From: Rhodothermales bacterium
GTDB lineage: Bacteria; Bacteroidota; Rhodothermia; Rhodothermales; VXPQ01
NCBI GenBank assembly: GCA_040904565.1
Contig: JBBDTI010000016.1
Span: forward strand, 96,298-132,327
DNA length: 36,030 nt
Reading direction: 5' to 3'
Below, piece by piece: positions 33,617-36,030 of this stretch. The position numbers and the translations under genes were made by a program. The notes under the pieces are model-generated. The model had not been told where the DNA came from, made no database searches, and saw only the letters and a list, made by a program, of their open reading frames with translations. Numbering within the stretch: position 1 is the first letter of the stretch; each line of letters opens with the position of its first letter.

Positions 33617-35530
33617 CTATTCGTTTTGCGCTCGAATGGCTTCTTCCATGGCTTTCCGCGCCGCTTCGATGCCTTCTTCGGCGACCTCCAGCGTCACGAT
33701 GCTCGTGTCACGCCGATCGGCTGCCTCCTCCATCCGTTCCCGGGTCTTTTCGCGCATGAATCCCTCGGGGACGCGCTCGAGCCGCGCCCAGGCGTCGGGC
33801 GTCCACTTGTAGTTCCCCTTCTCGAGCAGATCGACGGACGACGGGTCACGGCGTTCGGGAGCGTCCGAAGACGGCTTCAGCCGTCCCCGCTCAGAAAGCT
33901 CCGAGGTATCCTCCAGCAGATCGGCGACGACGCCGGCAACCATCTCGTGCGTGATGGTATCGAGCCCTTTCACGCGCGCGCTCTTTTCGATCTGTGCGCG
34001 GGCGCGCCGCATCTGATATCCGTCCGGTACCTTGCGCAGCAGGTCTCTCGCGTCGCGCGTCCACGACAGCTTCTTCTTATCGAACGTCTCCACCTCTTCG
34101 AGGGCCCCTTCGAGCGGTGCGAGTTCCTTGATGGCTTCCTTGTCCAGCTTGTGGAACGATTCGGGCGGCGCGCTGCATACGGCGCAGACGGCCGGCTCGA
34201 AGCCGCGGGCGGCGTACCCGCAGTTGCTGCAGATGTACGTGACTTCGTCGCTCGATTCCACCTTGTCCCGTGCCACCGTCTCCGCGATGATGCCCATCGA
34301 TTTCATGGCGGACTCAGGCAGGATCGTGGCCATCGACTGTTCGACGACCTTACGGGTGATGACCGAGTGCCCTCGTTCCATGGCCCAGCGATGAATGGTC
34401 GTCCGCGCGATGTTGCGGGCGAAGTCCGGTGCCGTATCGACCAGCGCCGTCGCCTCGTCCGTCCACAGCATGGATTCCTCGGCCTGCACGTCGAGCGGCG
34501 GCGTGTAGCGCCGGCTCGACAGCAGCACGTTGCACGAGGCCATCCGCAGGAGGTTTTCCGTGTTGCTGCCGATGTCCATATCTTCGTCGCTGTGCACGCC
34601 GATACGGCCGACGACGAGCAGCCACGGCTTCTCGCGGCGCACGTACTGCAGGATCTTGTCGAACGCCTTGCCGTCGAGCAGCGTGATCTTCAGATCGACG
34701 CCCTCGTCGGCAGCGATGCGGCGGGCCACTTCCAGATGCGACTGGTAGATCTTCGCCAGGCCCGTATCGATCACCTCTTCGTGGAGCTGTTCCTGCTCCT
34801 TGAACCTGAAAACCTTCGAGGCCTTCTCCGTGAGCACGTTTACGATGCTGTTGAACATCGCGTAATGGAGGTACGGATCGTAGACGGACACCGCCTCGAC
34901 GCGCTTGTCCAGCTTCCGGCCCAGTTCCAGCGCCGTTTTGAGTCCGGCGAACGACTCCGGACTGCCGTCGACGCCGACGACGATGTGTCCACCGTGCGGC
35001 TCGCCGACCTCTTTGCCGTTCATCTGCACGTCGAAATCGTCCGTATTCTTGACGACGAGCGTGTCCGTATGCACGCGCCGAACGACGCGCGAGACGACAC
35101 TCCCGAGAACGCTGTCGCGGACGGCTCCGAGCCCGAGCGAGCCCATGACGACCAGGTCGTAGTCGCTCTCCTCGACGTCCTGGACGATCACCTTCCAGTT
35201 CTTCCCGTCGTACATCTTGGGCTTGAAGGGAAGGTTTTCTTCCGCGCACCGCTTCTGCATCACGGTCAGGTAGGAATCGGAGATCAGTTCGAGACCCATC
35301 GTGATGAGCGTGTCGTGGACCTTGCGCTGCTTCTCCATCTCCTCCTCGACGAGGTACTCTTCAGGCAGCGTGAACTCCATCTGCTTGAAGCGGTAGTCGT
35401 GCATCCGCGCCGCGTAGGCGTGGCTGCCGACGAGGCTCGCATTCAGGCGCTTGGCGAGGTTGACGGCCACGTCGATGCTCGCCATCGAGTGATCGGAATT
35501 GTCGACCGGAACGAAGATCTTTTTATACAT
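33617..35530 (-). CDS. Multidomain universal stress protein: Usp-Usp-PCP_red-rubredoxin-like-PCP_red-PCP_red
   Basis: MYKKIFVPVDNSDHS and IVVGVDGSPES Usp starts; two G-x2-G-x9-GS motifs; three W-T-x-[ED]-A...P helical repeats; CSNC...CAVC. Confidence 0.85.
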   Translation of the reverse strand: MYKKIFVPVDNSDHSMASIDVAVNLAKRLNASLVGSHAYAARMHDYRFKQMEFTLPEEYLVEEEMEKQRKVHDTLITMGLELISDSYLTVMQKRCAEENLPFKPKMYDGKNWKVIVQDVEESDYDLVVMGSLGLGAVRDSVLGSVVSRVVRRVHTDTLVVKNTDDFDVQMNGKEVGEPHGGHIVVGVDGSPESFAGLKTALELGRKLDKRVEAVSVYDPYLHYAMFNSIVNVLTEKASKVFRFKEQEQLHEEVIDTGLAKIYQSHLEVARRIAADEGVDLKITLLDGKAFDKILQYVRREKPWLLVVGRIGVHSDEDMDIGSNTENLLRMASCNVLLSSRRYTPPLDVQAEESMLWTDEATALVDTAPDFARNIARTTIHRWAMERGHSVITRKVVEQSMATILPESAMKSMGIIAETVARDKVESSDEVTYICSNCGYAARGFEPAVCAVCSAPPESFHKLDKEAIKELAPLEGALEEVETFDKKKLSWTRDARDLLRKVPDGYQMRRARAQIEKSARVKGLDTITHEMVAGVVADLLEDTSELSERGRLKPSSDAPERRDPSSVDLLEKGNYKWTPDAWARLERVPEGFMREKTRERMEEAADRRDTSIVTLEVAEEGIEAARKAMEEAIRAQNE

Positions 35531-35551
35531 GCGTTTACTTATTAGTCTCGG

Positions 35552-35941
35552 CTAGTAGATCAGCTTGAGGCGTTCGTGAACGTAGTGCAGTCGGCGGGCA
35601 ACATATTCGAGCGTATCGTGATCTTCCGCGAGGAGGGAGACGGCCAACAGGGCCCGCCGCAGGGGCTCGGCCCCGTGCTCGGCCTCGCCCTTCTCCGCAT
35701 CGGCCAGTCCGTCCGCGAACCGCCGCATCTCGTACCGGGCACGCACGAGCATATTATAGGCGTCGCTTCCCGGAGCGAGTCCGGCCAGCACGCGCTCGAG
35801 GCGCGACAGCTCGAGCCCGATCACGGCGGGTGCCATCCGCCGGAATTCCTTCCATCCGACGAAATCCAGCTCATTCCAGTCGAGCTCCCGCCCGCCCAGC
35901 CTGGCCGCCTTCGTTTCCAGTATGTCCCGTGTCTCATCCAT
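35552..35941 (-). CDS. Hypothetical alpha-helical protein
   Basis: About 129 aa, co-oriented, ends 21 nt before the usp start; ATG 35941 (ORF track uses TTG 35956). Confidence 0.7.
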   Translation of the reverse strand: MDETRDILETKAARLGGRELDWNELDFVGWKEFRRMAPAVIGLELSRLERVLAGLAPGSDAYNMLVRARYEMRRFADGLADAEKGEAEHGAEPLRRALLAVSLLAEDHDTLEYVARRLHYVHERLKLIY

Positions 35942-35964
35942 GCCATCCAACGTCAAAGCAGGTG

Positions 35965-36030
35965 CTAGTAGCGGGGGGCCGCCTCTCGGACGGCCCCGGC
36001 GCCGTTGGAATCGTCACCGGTGGATTCGTC
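35965..36030 (-). CDS. Possible 3' end of an upstream gene truncated by the window edge
   Basis: Open minus frame ...DESTGDDSNGAGAVREAAPRY* with TAG at 35967-35965; too short to verify. Confidence 0.3.
   Translation of the reverse strand, partial: DESTGDDSNGAGAVREAAPRY

Noticed and set aside
32165-35530. Photosynthesis or chlorophyll synthesis implied by PCP_red domains
   Set aside because: Only the small C-terminal module is present; no nitrogenase-like BchB/BchN/BchL catalytic domains in the window
33626-35545. 639-aa plus-strand ORF, and similar long antisense ORFs (6..908, 945..2282, 2430..3521, 17963..19279, 28861..29808, 32731..33759)
   Set aside because: Mirror frames of well-supported genes in GC-rich DNA; Arg/His/Gly-rich with no motifs
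23475-36030. Mobile element or prophage explaining the accessory block
   Set aside because: No integrase, transposase, tRNA or phage gene seen; a composition shift could not be computed

Overview
GC-rich bacterial chromosomal window. The housekeeping genes (bshA, DUF2723, lptF, rsmD with a DUF3822/PilM-like neighbour) look FCB-group, possibly Rhodothermota; this is an inference. Positions 1-23.5 kb are mostly ordinary: site-2 protease, PLP aminotransferase, coaD, rsmD, pdxJ, era, pdxB, SleB-like hydrolase, OM beta-barrel, bshA, MBL hydrolase, lptF, rsmI, DUF2723, csp, ybeY, hpf, metF and a degenerate MTA/SAH nucleosidase-like gene. Positions 23.6-36 kb are a redox/metal-rich accessory block with three parts. 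(i) A tandem-duplicated DoxX protein with a Cys/His tail. (ii) A minus-strand heme-copper oxidase operon in the order blue-copper-like lipoprotein, subunits I, III, IV, two small membrane proteins, subunit II. Subunit I keeps all metal ligands, the cross-linked Tyr and the D-channel, but has lost the K-channel lysine. (iii) A translationally coupled operon: hypothetical, [Usp-Usp-PCP_red-rubredoxin-PCP_red-PCP_red], Mrp/ApbC, [CxxC zinc finger-PCP_red], CopD-like. It probably continues past the right edge. Parts (ii) and (iii) are the best candidates for an undescribed system. No rRNA, tRNA, CRISPR or transposase was seen. All domain calls are by-eye motif recognition, not database searches.
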